Shown here one piece after another: positions 1-9,037 of a stretch of DNA of 32,000 bases. Position numbers and translations under genes: made by a program. Numbering within the stretch: position 1 is the first letter of the stretch; each line of letters starts with the position of its first letter. The DNA is from an archaeon (GTDB lineage: Archaea > Iainarchaeota > Iainarchaeia > Iainarchaeales > 1-14-0-10-31-34). Location: NCBI GenBank assembly GCA_024277355.1, contig JAJRVL010000004.1:210001-242000 (forward strand), given 5' to 3'. Below the pieces are notes generated by a model, which saw only the letters and a list, made by a program, of their open reading frames with translations, did not search any database and had not been told where the DNA came from.

Positions 1-6
1 AATCCT

Positions 7-183
7 TCACAAGTCATAAGGTTTTAAGGTTTTTCTTCCATTGTCTGAGCATCTTTTGATTGCTGAATCAATGTTTGCCATAACACTGGCACTTAATGCA
101 TCATAAGTATCAGAACCCATCTGCATATTTTTTGATTTAACATAATCTCCGACTTTACTTCTAACAACTAACATATCTGACAT
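7..183 (-). CDS. small DUF1931/histone-fold-like protein (58 aa, below ORF-track cutoff)
   Basis: Own translation of the minus strand, from ATG (rc of 181-183) to TGA (rc of 7-9): MSDMLVVRSKVGDYVKSKNMQMGSDTYDALSASVMANIDSAIKRCSDNGRKTLKPYDL. The C-terminal '..A..R...NGRKT.K..D' pattern matches my recollection of the DUF1931 family. Confidence 0.5.
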   Translation of the reverse strand: MSDMLVVRSKVGDYVKSKNMQMGSDTYDALSASVMANIDSAIKRCSDNGRKTLKPYDL

Positions 184-273
184 AATTTTTTACCCCCAAA
201 AATCATTAAAAAAGCATTATTTTAGTGCTTTTCTAAATTACATAAACAAAAAAGGTATTTAAATCTAATAGTC

Positions 274-338
274 AAAAACAGCTAAAAACAGGGAAAAACA
301 AGGAAAAAACCGTGAATTTCAGGGAATTAAAAGAAAAA
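274..338 (-). terminator. phased oligo-T tracts downstream of pyrD (A5-A6 tracts on the + strand with 10-bp periodicity)
   Basis: A5-6 runs start at 274, 284, 294, 304 and 334, all in 10-bp register ('gtcaaaaaca gctaaaaaca gggaaaaaca aggaaaaaac'). On the minus strand these are T5-6 tracts beginning 24 nt after the pyrD stop (362-364). Oligo-T is the known archaeal termination signal. Confidence 0.45.
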
Positions 339-361
339 CAACAAACACGCTTATGTATAAG

Positions 362-1279
362 TTAGTCGTGTGCTTTTCCAATTATTTCATTTAATTTTGA
401 AACATTATTTTGATTCATCCAGTCTTCAATTTCTTTTGTAATTTCATTAAAACAGGTTTTTCCTCTTGCATAAAGAACTGTTCCAATTCCTACAGCTGAA
501 GCTCCAGCCATTATTAATTCAACTGCATCTTCTCCATTTGATATTCCGCCCATTCCTAAAATTGGAATTTCAATTTCTTTGTAAATGTCATAAACACATC
601 TGACTGCAATTGGTTTTATTGCTGCTCCAGTGTATCCTCCTTTCTTAAAAGATAAAACTGGTTTTTTTGTTTTTAAATTTATTTTCATTCCAGGGCCAAC
701 AGAATTAATTGCAGTTATTGCATTGGCTCCTGCTTCCTCGCAGGCTTTAGCTATTTTTCCTATGTCATTTGCCTGAGGAGTTAATTTTGGAAGAACAGGA
801 ATTTTTCCAACAACATTTTTTACTTTTTCAGTTATTTCGCCTGCAATTTTTGAATCACAACTAAAAAGCATTCCAAAATTATCTACATTAGGACAGCTTA
901 TATTTAATTCAATGAATTCAGGTTTTTTTCCTGCAATAAATTCTGCTACTTCAATAAATTCTTTTGTATTAGTTCCATAAATGCTTGCAATTAAAGGAAA
1001 ATTTCTTTTATTCATGTTTTCCCAGAAGTCTTCCATATTTTTATGTCCTGGAGTTGGCAGTCCAACTGCATTAAGTGTTCCGTGTTCTAATTTAACTATA
1101 AAAGGAAAAGGATGAGATTTTCTTTCTTTTGGACCAATGCTTTTCAAAGTTATTGCTCCTGCACCTGAATCATAAATTTCCTGCATTTCTTTATATTTGT
1201 CTCCATAAAAACCTGAAGGCAGCACAGTTGGATTACGAAAATCAAAAACTTTGTTTTTTACTCTTAAATCTGGTTTCAT
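362..1279 (-). CDS. pyrD: dihydroorotate dehydrogenase (class 1, PyrD catalytic subunit)
   Basis: 305 aa. TIM-barrel DHODH motifs: 'FRNPTVLPSG', 'LNAVGLPTPG', 'IELNISCPNV', 'GGYTGAAIKPIAVRCV', 'GMGGISNGEDAVELIMAGASAVGIGT'. Confidence 0.9.
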   Translation of the reverse strand: MKPDLRVKNKVFDFRNPTVLPSGFYGDKYKEMQEIYDSGAGAITLKSIGPKERKSHPFPFIVKLEHGTLNAVGLPTPGHKNMEDFWENMNKRNFPLIASIYGTNTKEFIEVAEFIAGKKPEFIELNISCPNVDNFGMLFSCDSKIAGEITEKVKNVVGKIPVLPKLTPQANDIGKIAKACEEAGANAITAINSVGPGMKINLKTKKPVLSFKKGGYTGAAIKPIAVRCVYDIYKEIEIPILGMGGISNGEDAVELIMAGASAVGIGTVLYARGKTCFNEITKEIEDWMNQNNVSKLNEIIGKAHD

Positions 1280-1321
1280 CTAACTAAATTAAATGCAGTA
1301 ATATTTTTATTTTGATTGAAG

Positions 1322-2440
1322 TTAAAGAAAATTTTCAACACATTTACCCATTCTTTCAAGTGATTCAAGAAAAATCTGTTCCTGCAAAGTAAAATTCATT
1401 CTGAAATATCCTTTTACCTGAAAACTTTGATTACTTGGCAGAACTGAAACACTGTATTTTTTGAGCAGTGTTCTGCAAAATTTACTGCTGTCTTTTGAAA
1501 ATTTTATTTTAGGAAAACACACAGCTCCTGCTTCAGGAACAACATAATCAAAATAATTTGAATTGCTTTCCATAAATTCATTTAAACAATTAATGTTGAA
1601 TTCAGTTCTGTTAATTATTTCAGGAAGAATTTTATTTTTGTTTTTTAATACTTTTAAAGCAAAAAAATCACTTAAAGAAGGTGTAACGTGAGTTAAATAA
1701 TCCTTATAATTCCTGCATTCAATTAACTCTTTTTTATTTCCAATAAGCCAGCCAACTCTTAAACCCATTACTCCAAAACATTTCACAATTGAACCTGTGG
1801 CAAAAACTTTTTCATAACCTGAATTTAAGTCATAACCTGAAACAATATTCTTTCCTTTAAATGAAAGAAAACGATAGTGCTCGTCAAATAAAACAAAACA
1901 ATCATTTTCTTCTGCAATTCTAATTATTTCTTTTAACTGGACTTCAGGAATAATCTTCCCTGTAGGGTTGTGAGGCGAATTAATTACAATTAATTTTGTT
2001 TTTTTGTTCACTGCTTTTTCAAGTTTACCTAAATCTAATTCAAAATTTTTTTCAAGCATGCTGATGAACTTTATTTTACAGCCTATTGCAATTGGAAGTT
2101 GATATAATGGCTGAAAAGAAGGAAACTGAACAACAACTTCATCTCCTTTAATTAAAACAGAATTAAAAAAAGCAAATAATGCTTCAGAAGTTCCTGTTGT
2201 AACCAAAACATTTTCTGTTTTTACTGTTAAATACTGTTTTGCTATTTCATTTCTTAATTCAACTGAACCCCAAGGAGAAGGATTTTCCAGCGAAATTTCT
2301 CCTAATTCTTTTTGTGTTATTTTGCAAGAAGAAAGAATTTCCCTGACATTAAAATCAGGGATCCCGCTTTCAGCTAAATTAATTTCTGTTTTTTGGTTTT
2401 CAGTAAGCCAGTCTTCCATTCCAAGTTTCTGCATTTTCAT
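1322..2440 (-). CDS. PLP-dependent aminotransferase, class I/II fold
   Basis: 372 aa. Motifs: 'VINSPHNPTGK', 'TGTSEALF', and a Lys-containing 'GSIVKCFGVMGLRVGW' (the SxSK..G..G.R.G region). The start overlaps the upstream radical SAM stop by 4 nt (2437-2440). Confidence 0.85.
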   Translation of the reverse strand: MKMQKLGMEDWLTENQKTEINLAESGIPDFNVREILSSCKITQKELGEISLENPSPWGSVELRNEIAKQYLTVKTENVLVTTGTSEALFAFFNSVLIKGDEVVVQFPSFQPLYQLPIAIGCKIKFISMLEKNFELDLGKLEKAVNKKTKLIVINSPHNPTGKIIPEVQLKEIIRIAEENDCFVLFDEHYRFLSFKGKNIVSGYDLNSGYEKVFATGSIVKCFGVMGLRVGWLIGNKKELIECRNYKDYLTHVTPSLSDFFALKVLKNKNKILPEIINRTEFNINCLNEFMESNSNYFDYVVPEAGAVCFPKIKFSKDSSKFCRTLLKKYSVSVLPSNQSFQVKGYFRMNFTLQEQIFLESLERMGKCVENFL

Positions 2441-3180
2441 TTAATCACATCCTTTACTTCGTTAAACCATTCTTTTCTGCATTCACAGGAAAGACTCTGA
2501 ATTTTTTCAATACTTTGAGTTTTATTGAAGTATTCAACTGCCTTACAGATTTTCTCAGTGCATTTATTACAGCTTCTTGTAAACCTGTCTTTTGAAAGAT
2601 TTTCATCACTTAATCCGGCAAAAATAATTCCTTTTTTGTATGAATTTTTTATTACTTCAACTACTGACCACAAATTCAATACATTGTATTTTTTATTGAG
2701 ATAAAGGTCTTCAATAAAAGTATTCTCAGGAATAAATACTGGTTCAAAAGAAACTCTTGCATTGACTCCAAATTTTTCTGCTGTATCAAAAACAAAATTC
2801 GCAGAATTAACTGAATCCAAAATCGCATATTTTTCACTTACAAAAGGTGGTTTTATCAGAACATAAGCCATAAACTCTGTTCCTGTTTCTGCACAAAGTT
2901 GCATGCATCTTTCAAAACCTTTTTTTGAAAGTCCTTTGTTGATAATTGAATTTCTTATAAAATCATCAGAACTTTCTAAACCAATAGAAAATTCAAGTAT
3001 TTTATTCCCTAAAAGCCGTTTGCTTCCCTGCAGTTTTTCTTTTGTAAGGTATTCTGCTCTGGATTCAATTACAACTTTTTTTATATTTGGAATCTCTGAA
3101 ATTTTCTGCATTGCATAATTTCTGAATTCAGGGGCAATTTCTTTGTCATTATAAAAAGAGCCCAAGGTGAAGTAAATCAA
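2437..3180 (-). CDS. radical SAM protein, RaSEA/TIGR01210-like, C-terminal fragment (frameshift-split gene)
   Basis: 247 aa. 'IYFTLGSFYNDKEI', 'VVIESRAEYL', 'EFSIGLESSDDFIRNSIINKG', 'YVLIKPPFVSE' and 'LWSVVEVI' resemble the archaeosine-synthesis radical SAM family. It lacks its own Cys cluster and starts at a TTG inside the overlap with the upstream fragment. Confidence 0.7.
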   Translation of the reverse strand: MIYFTLGSFYNDKEIAPEFRNYAMQKISEIPNIKKVVIESRAEYLTKEKLQGSKRLLGNKILEFSIGLESSDDFIRNSIINKGLSKKGFERCMQLCAETGTEFMAYVLIKPPFVSEKYAILDSVNSANFVFDTAEKFGVNARVSFEPVFIPENTFIEDLYLNKKYNVLNLWSVVEVIKNSYKKGIIFAGLSDENLSKDRFTRSCNKCTEKICKAVEYFNKTQSIEKIQSLSCECRKEWFNEVKDVIK

Positions 3181-3436
3181 CTTGAGTTATTTGATTGTTT
3201 TCTGAAAGAACATTGTTTATTGCCCAATTTAATTGTTCTTTCATTTCGTTAACTGAAACAGTGTTGCTTGCACTGTTCTTGAAACCACACATAGTGCAGC
3301 CTCCATTTGAATTTTTGGCATACTCGCATCCGTTGGTTCTTAAAACTAACATTAGTCTTTCTGCCTGTTTTCCGTTAATGCTGACTGAAGTTTTTTTCCA
3401 GAAAGCAGGTTTTATGTTTTTATTCATTTTTTTCAC
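3149..3436 (-). CDS. radical SAM protein, RaSEA/TIGR01210-like, N-terminal fragment carrying the Cys cluster
   Basis: 95 aa. 'RTNGCEYAKNSNGGCTMCGF' is a C-x9-C-x2-C Fe-S/SAM motif. The ORF ends '..QVDLLHLGLFL*', while the next frame continues 'IYFTLGSF..'. Confidence 0.7.
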   Translation of the reverse strand: MKKMNKNIKPAFWKKTSVSINGKQAERLMLVLRTNGCEYAKNSNGGCTMCGFKNSASNTVSVNEMKEQLNWAINNVLSENNQITQVDLLHLGLFL

Positions 3437-3646
3437 CTCTAATGATATTTAACATAAACAAAAAAATTTTGTAAAAAAAGGAATTAATACAGGTGAATTA
3501 ACTCACTTGAATTAATTAATTTAATCTGCTGAAGGCTAACAAAATCAGTGATGAACTAAATCAACATTGTAAAGCAAATTAATCATGTAAATAATTTTAA
3601 ACCAAATCATTTAAAAAAAGAATTAAGTTAAATAAAACAGATAAAA

Positions 3647-3796
3647 ATGGTTAAAGAAGTAAAAGAAAATTTTCAGTGCGAAGAATGTAAATTAATTTAC
3701 AAAGAAAAAAGCATTGCAGAAAAATGCGAACAATACTGCAAAAAATATAATGCATGCAATTTAGAAATAATAAAACACGCAATTAATGAAAAATAA
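3647..3796 (+). CDS. small Cys-rich (zinc-ribbon-like) protein, 49 aa, not in ORF track
   Basis: Own translation: MVKEVKENFQCEECKLIYKEKSIAEKCEQYCKKYNACNLEIIKHAINEK. Five Cys, including CxxC and CxxxC. An A/T TATA-like box lies ~30 nt upstream (3608-3620). Confidence 0.5.
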   Translation: MVKEVKENFQCEECKLIYKEKSIAEKCEQYCKKYNACNLEIIKHAINEK

Positions 3797-3838
3797 CAAA
3801 AACTTATTTAAAGATTTGTTGACATAAGTTTTTTTTTA

Positions 3839-4882
3839 ATGAACCAAAAAATTTCATCAGCAAAACTGATTTTATCTGACGGAACTGTTTTTTCCGGCAA
3901 GAGCTTTGGATTTAATTCTTCTGTTTCTGGAGAAGTAGTTTTTTCAACTGGAATGACTGGATACCCTGAAAGTTTAACTGATCCAAGTTATTCAGGACAA
4001 ATTTTAACTTTAACTTTTCCTTTAATTGGCAATTACGGCGTAAACAAAATCAGTGAATTAGAATCAAATAAAATTCAGGTTAAAGGATTAATTATAGATG
4101 ATTATTCTTTTTCTTTTTCTCACTGGAATTCAAAAAAAAGTTTAGCTGACTGGCTGAAAGAATTTAAGATTCCTGCAGCATACGGAATTGACACAAGAGC
4201 TTTAACACAAAAACTCAGAGCAAAAGGAACAATGACAGGAAAAATTGTAATTGGAAAAAATACTGAATTTTTTGATCCAAATAAAATAAATTTAGTTGAA
4301 AAAGTTTCCTGTGAAAAACACCAATGGATTGGAAAAGGAAACAAAAAAATTGCTTTAATTGATTTTGGAGTCAAACAAAGTATTATCCGGAGTTTAGTTA
4401 ACAGAAAAATTAAAGTTTTAAAGGTTCCATGGAATTCCAATTTAAAAGAATTAGATGTAGATGGATTTGTTTTAAGCAATGGTCCAGGAGACCCTGCTTT
4501 ACTTAAAAAACCAATTGAAAATATTAAAGAATTACTAAAAGATGCCAGGCCAATTTTTGGAATTTGTTTAGGAAACCAACTGCTTGGAAGAGCCGCAGGA
4601 ATTAAAACATTTAAATTAAAATTCGGCCACAGAAGCCAGAACCAGCCTTGTATTAATTTAGAAACAAAAAACTGCATTATTACTTCACAAAATCATGGTT
4701 TTGCATTAGAAAACAAAATGAAAAATGGTTTTATGAAATGGTTTGAAAATGCAAATGACAAAACCATTGAAGGAATAAAACATAAAACAAAACCGTTTTT
4801 TTCTGTTCAGTTCCATCCTGAAGCAAATCCCGGGCCATTAGATGCAAATTATTTATTTGATGAATTTAAGGAGAAACTATGA
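3839..4882 (+). CDS. carA: carbamoyl-phosphate synthase small (glutaminase) subunit
   Basis: 347 aa. 'GEVVFSTGMTGYPESLTDPSYSGQIL', catalytic 'GICLGNQLL', 'VQFHPEA'. ATGA overlap with carB. A TATA-like 'tatttaaag' at ~3804-3812 suggests a leaderless start. Confidence 0.95.
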   Translation: MNQKISSAKLILSDGTVFSGKSFGFNSSVSGEVVFSTGMTGYPESLTDPSYSGQILTLTFPLIGNYGVNKISELESNKIQVKGLIIDDYSFSFSHWNSKKSLADWLKEFKIPAAYGIDTRALTQKLRAKGTMTGKIVIGKNTEFFDPNKINLVEKVSCEKHQWIGKGNKKIALIDFGVKQSIIRSLVNRKIKVLKVPWNSNLKELDVDGFVLSNGPGDPALLKKPIENIKELLKDARPIFGICLGNQLLGRAAGIKTFKLKFGHRSQNQPCINLETKNCIITSQNHGFALENKMKNGFMKWFENANDKTIEGIKHKTKPFFSVQFHPEANPGPLDANYLFDEFKEKL

Positions 4883-7800
4883 AAAAAGTTTTATTATTAG
4901 GAAGCGGTGCACTAAAAATAGGCGAAGCAGGAGAATTTGATTTTTCAGGAAGCCAGGCAATTAAAGCATTAAAAGAAGAAGGAATAAAAATAATTTTAAT
5001 TAATCCAAATATTGCTACAATTCAGACATCAGAAAATTTTGCAGACAAAGTTTATTTTCTGCCTTTAACTTCTTTTTTTGTTGAAAAAGTAATTGAAAAA
5101 GAAAAACCACAGGGGATTTTGCTTTCTTTTGGAGGACAGACTGCATTAAACTGCGGAATAGAATTAGAAAAAAAAGGAATACTAAAAAAATTCAATGTAA
5201 AAGTTTTAGGAACGCCAGTTAAAACAATTGAAGAAACAGAAGACAGAAAAAAATTTATTAAAAAATTAAATGAAATTAAAGTTAATTCAATTGAATCAGT
5301 TGCAGTTAAAAATTTACAGAATGGATTAAACGCAGGAAAAAAAATTGGTTTTCCTGTAATGTTAAGAGTTGCTTTTGCTTTAGGAGGAAAAGGTTCAGGA
5401 ATAGCAAGAAATAAAAAAGAATTAAAGAAAAAACTAAAACAGGCTTTTACTTTTACTAAACAAATTTTAATTGAAAAATACTTAAATGGATTTAAAGAAG
5501 TTGAATATGAAGTTGTAAGAGACAAATTCAATAACTGCATTACAGTATGTAATATGGAAAACTTTGATCCATTAGGAATTCATACAGGGGAATCAATTGT
5601 TGTTGCTCCAAGCCAGACTTTAACTAATTTTGAGTACCATAAATTAAGGGAAATTTCAATTAAAGTAATAAAACATTTAGGAATAATAGGAGAATGCAAT
5701 ATTCAGTTTGCATTAAACCCAAAAAAAGATGAATATTATGTAATTGAAGTTAATGCAAGGCTTTCAAGAAGTTCTGCACTTGCTTCAAAAGCAACAGGTT
5801 ATCCTTTGGCTTTTATTGCAGCAAAATTAGCTTTAGGTTATTCTTTAACTCAAATAGAAAATTCAATTACAAAAAAAACTATTGCCTGTTTTGAGCCTGC
5901 GTTAGATTATTGTGTAATTAAAATTCCAAGATGGGATTTAAAGAAATTCAGGAATGCAGACTTGAAAATTAATTCGCAGATGAAATCTGTCGGGGAAGTA
6001 ATGGCAATAGGAAGAAAATTTGAAGAAGCATTGCAGAAAGCATTAAGAATGACTGAAACAGGATTTAATGGAATTCAATCAGATTTTTTTTCAGAAAAAA
6101 AAGAAATAGAAAAAGAATTAAAAGAACCTTCTTCTGAAAGAATCCATGCAGTTGCTTCAGCAATTAAAAAAAAATATTCAATTGAAAAAATTCATTCAAT
6201 GACAAAAATAGATAAATGGTTTTTATATAAAATAAAAAATATTTTTGAAACAGAAAAAAAGATTTTAAAACAAAAAAATAATTTAAGCAAAGAATTATTG
6301 CTTGAAGCAAAACAATCAGGTTTCAGCGATAAGCAGATTGCTTTATTGATTAATTCAACAGAAGAAAAAATAAGGAAAAAAAGGCATAAAGAAAAAATTT
6401 TTCCTGTAATAAAACAAATTGACACTTTAGCAGCTGAATATCCTGCAAAAACAAATTATCTTTACTTAACCTACAATGGAAAAAAAGATGATGTTAAAGC
6501 TTTAGAAAAAAACATTATTGTTTTAGGCGGAGGCCCTTATAGAATTGGTTCAAGTGTTGAATTTGACTGGTGTTGTGTTAATACATTAAAGGCTTTAAGA
6601 AAAAACAAATTAAACACAATAATGATTAATTGTAATCCTGAAACAGTTTCAACTGATTATGATGAATCAGACAAATTATTTTTTGAAGAACTTTCATTAG
6701 AAAGTGTCCTGGAAATTTACAGAAAAGAAAAATCCAAAGGAATAATTATTTCAATGGGCGGACAGATTCCAAACAATTTAGCTTTAGGACTAGAAAAAAA
6801 CAACGTGAAAATTTTAGGGACAAAAGTTAAAAGCATTGATTCAGCTGAAAACAGAAATAAGTTTTCAAAGCTTTTGGATTCAATTAAAGTCAACCAGCCT
6901 GAATGGAGGGAATTAACTTCGTTTAGTAAAGCAAAAGAATTTACAAAAATAGTGGGTTTTCCTGTTTTAGTTCGGCCAAGCTATGTTTTAAGCGGGGCAG
7001 GAATGGTAGTAGTATTTAATGAAAAAGAATTAGAAAATTACCTGAAAAAAAATGAATTGTCAAAAGAACATCCGGCAGTAATAAGCAAATTTATAATTAA
7101 TGGAAGAGAAATTGAAATTGACGGAATAGCAAAAAATGGAAAACTGGTAATTTATGCAGTTTCAGAACACGTGGAAAATGCAGGAATTCATTCAGGAGAT
7201 GCAACAATTGTTCTGCCTGCACAAAAAATTTATTTAGAAACAATAAATAAAATAAAAGAAATATCCAAACAAATTGCATTAAAACTGAATATTACAGGGC
7301 CATTTAACATTCAGTTTATTGCAAAAGACAATGAAATAAAAGTAATTGAATGCAATTTAAGGGCTTCAAGGAGTTTTCCTTTTTGTTCTAAAGTAATTGG
7401 AAAAAATTTCATTGATTATGCAGTTAAAGCAATGTTAAACAAACCAATAGAAAAAACAGTTGATTATTTTGGTAAATTAAATTACGTTGGCGTTAAAGCT
7501 CCTCAGTTTTCTTTTTCAAGATTAAGCGGAGCAGATCCAATTTCTGGAGTAGAAATGGCTTCAACAGGAGAAGTTGCCTGTTTAGGAACAGATTTATATG
7601 ATGCGTTTTTGAAAGCAATGCTTGCAGCAAACAATAAGCTTCCTGAAAAAAATATTTTGATTTCTTTAGGAGGCGAAGAAAACAAATATGCTTTGCTTAA
7701 ACCAATTCAAAAATTAGTTAATCAAAACTTTAATATTTTTACAACAAAAAATACACATAAGTTTTTGAAATTTCACGGAATAAAAAGCAAAAAATTATTT

Positions 7801-8070
7801 AAAGTTCAGGAAAAAAAAGAACCAAATGTATTAACTTTTTTAACTAAACAAAAAATTGATTTTATAATTAATGTTCCGGATAAATATCATTCAAAAGAAT
7901 GGGATCCTGATTATTTACTGAGAAGAACTGCAGTTGATTTTAATGTTCCTTTAATTACAAATCTGGAACTAACAAAATTATTTATTAAGTCAATAACAGA
8001 AAAAAGAATTGAAGACTTGGAAATAAAAAGCTGGGATGAATACTTAAAAAACGGAAAAACCAAACAATAA
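4879..8070 (+). CDS. carB: carbamoyl-phosphate synthase large subunit
   Basis: 1063 aa. Duplicated ATP-grasp halves ('GSGALKIGEAGEFDFSG', 'YVIEVNARLSRSSALASKATGYPLA', 'GGGPYRIGSSVEFDWC', 'KVIECNLRASRSFPF'). Confidence 0.97.
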   Translation: MKKVLLLGSGALKIGEAGEFDFSGSQAIKALKEEGIKIILINPNIATIQTSENFADKVYFLPLTSFFVEKVIEKEKPQGILLSFGGQTALNCGIELEKKGILKKFNVKVLGTPVKTIEETEDRKKFIKKLNEIKVNSIESVAVKNLQNGLNAGKKIGFPVMLRVAFALGGKGSGIARNKKELKKKLKQAFTFTKQILIEKYLNGFKEVEYEVVRDKFNNCITVCNMENFDPLGIHTGESIVVAPSQTLTNFEYHKLREISIKVIKHLGIIGECNIQFALNPKKDEYYVIEVNARLSRSSALASKATGYPLAFIAAKLALGYSLTQIENSITKKTIACFEPALDYCVIKIPRWDLKKFRNADLKINSQMKSVGEVMAIGRKFEEALQKALRMTETGFNGIQSDFFSEKKEIEKELKEPSSERIHAVASAIKKKYSIEKIHSMTKIDKWFLYKIKNIFETEKKILKQKNNLSKELLLEAKQSGFSDKQIALLINSTEEKIRKKRHKEKIFPVIKQIDTLAAEYPAKTNYLYLTYNGKKDDVKALEKNIIVLGGGPYRIGSSVEFDWCCVNTLKALRKNKLNTIMINCNPETVSTDYDESDKLFFEELSLESVLEIYRKEKSKGIIISMGGQIPNNLALGLEKNNVKILGTKVKSIDSAENRNKFSKLLDSIKVNQPEWRELTSFSKAKEFTKIVGFPVLVRPSYVLSGAGMVVVFNEKELENYLKKNELSKEHPAVISKFIINGREIEIDGIAKNGKLVIYAVSEHVENAGIHSGDATIVLPAQKIYLETINKIKEISKQIALKLNITGPFNIQFIAKDNEIKVIECNLRASRSFPFCSKVIGKNFIDYAVKAMLNKPIEKTVDYFGKLNYVGVKAPQFSFSRLSGADPISGVEMASTGEVACLGTDLYDAFLKAMLAANNKLPEKNILISLGGEENKYALLKPIQKLVNQNFNIFTTKNTHKFLKFHGIKSKKLFKVQEKKEPNVLTFLTKQKIDFIINVPDKYHSKEWDPDYLLRRTAVDFNVPLITNLELTKLFIKSITEKRIEDLEIKSWDEYLKNGKTKQ

Positions 8071-8114
8071 GTAAAACAAAAAAGTTTTTATAAAACAGAA
8101 TCCATGTTTTTAGT

Positions 8115-8753
8115 ATGAAACAATTAAAATTATCTGACTTAAAAGTTCATTTAATTGCTTTAATTATTTTTTTAGTTATAATTGGATTTTATTTTTTTAC
8201 ACAGGAAGGAAACCAGCTTAAAATTCTAAATAAAGCTTCAGGTTATGCTGGAGTTCTGTTAGGTTCAATTGTATTTATGTTAGGTCCTTTAAGCAGGTTT
8301 TATCCAAAAACTTTTGCACAGGACTTAAAATTCAGGAAACCTTTAGGTTTATGGGCTTTTGTTTTTATTTTAATTCATTTTTTGATTTCAATGGAATTAT
8401 ACTATAAATGGAGTTTTTCAGCTTTCCTGAATTTTGATAATCTTTTGGGAATAACTTTTACTGCTGCATTAATTTCTTTTGTTATTCTTGCTTTAATGAG
8501 TTTAACTTCAACGTCAAAGGCAGTGAAGACTTTAGGATACAAAAACTGGAAGTTTTTGCAAAGAACAGGGTATATTGCTTTGCTGCTTGGAGCAGTGCAT
8601 TACTCTTTAATTCCCGGGAATGTTTTTTTTAATTCAGTCCATGGAATGCTTTTATCATTAATTGTCGTTCTTGCTTTAATTCTGAAAGTTTATTCTTTGT
8701 TCAGAGGAGTAAAAAAACAAGAGCATCATTTTGAAGGAGAAAAAAATGCATAA
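8115..8753 (+). CDS. ferric-reductase-like / MsrQ (YedZ)-like haem-binding membrane protein
   Basis: 212 aa with ~6 TM segments. Conserved-looking 'FRKPLGLWAFVFILIHFLI' and a second His in 'GAVHYSL', typical of the YedZ/ferric reductase TM domain. Confidence 0.5.
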   Translation: MKQLKLSDLKVHLIALIIFLVIIGFYFFTQEGNQLKILNKASGYAGVLLGSIVFMLGPLSRFYPKTFAQDLKFRKPLGLWAFVFILIHFLISMELYYKWSFSAFLNFDNLLGITFTAALISFVILALMSLTSTSKAVKTLGYKNWKFLQRTGYIALLLGAVHYSLIPGNVFFNSVHGMLLSLIVVLALILKVYSLFRGVKKQEHHFEGEKNA

Positions 8754-9036
8754 ACCATATTATAAAAAACCTTTAATAAGAAAAACAATCGCTGAAAAAA
8801 GTATTAAGACATTTACTGATAAAGCTAAAGGAGGGAATGTAGTTAGTGCATTTAGATACAAAATACAGCAGGGAAAATCAAGACCTAAAGGAAGATATCT
8901 TGGAAAATATGTAAGCAAAGAAAAAATGCTTGCAACACATATTTTTGATGCAAGAAAAGGAATTTACAGAAAATTAGGAAAACCTGTTTTAGTTGATGCA
9001 AGAATTTTCAGCCGGATTAAAGTTAAAAGAGAATAA
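8746..9036 (+). CDS. hypothetical small basic protein (96 aa from the ATG)
   Basis: The track ORF is 8731..9036. I prefer the ATG at 8746, preceded by an 'aaggag' SD at 8734-8739. Lys/Arg-rich, no recognisable family. Confidence 0.45.
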   Translation: MHKPYYKKPLIRKTIAEKSIKTFTDKAKGGNVVSAFRYKIQQGKSRPKGRYLGKYVSKEKMLATHIFDARKGIYRKLGKPVLVDARIFSRIKVKRE

Positions 9037-9037
9037 A

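Noticed and set aside
3494-3554. Possible second C/D sRNA (GTGATGA at 3548-3554, CTGA at 3529-3532) and a 12-nt identity (tgaattaactca, 3494-3505) with the C'/D-guide region of the 20535 sRNA
   Set aside because: The boxes are in the wrong order and spacing: no C box ~12 nt upstream of the CTGA and no D box 12 nt after the GTGATGA. A single 12-mer match in AT-rich DNA is within chance expectation.
4120-7685. Antisense track ORFs inside carA/carB (4120..4677, 5052..5540, 6192..6425, 7097..7279, 7503..7685)
   Set aside because: They lie entirely within strongly supported carA/carB coding sequence on the opposite strand, and their products are low-complexity and F/L/S-rich, typical of shadow ORFs. 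The same reasoning applies to the other short antisense ORFs: 2903..3118, 3195..3452, 10287..10505, 12249..12431, 15276..15671, 15751..16291, 16957..17217, 17602..17805, 18258..18461, 19313..20047, 20749..20970, 21796..22107, 24062..24280, 25442..25654, 26645..26863, 27252..27518, 27780..28049, 28987..29304 and 30204..30599.
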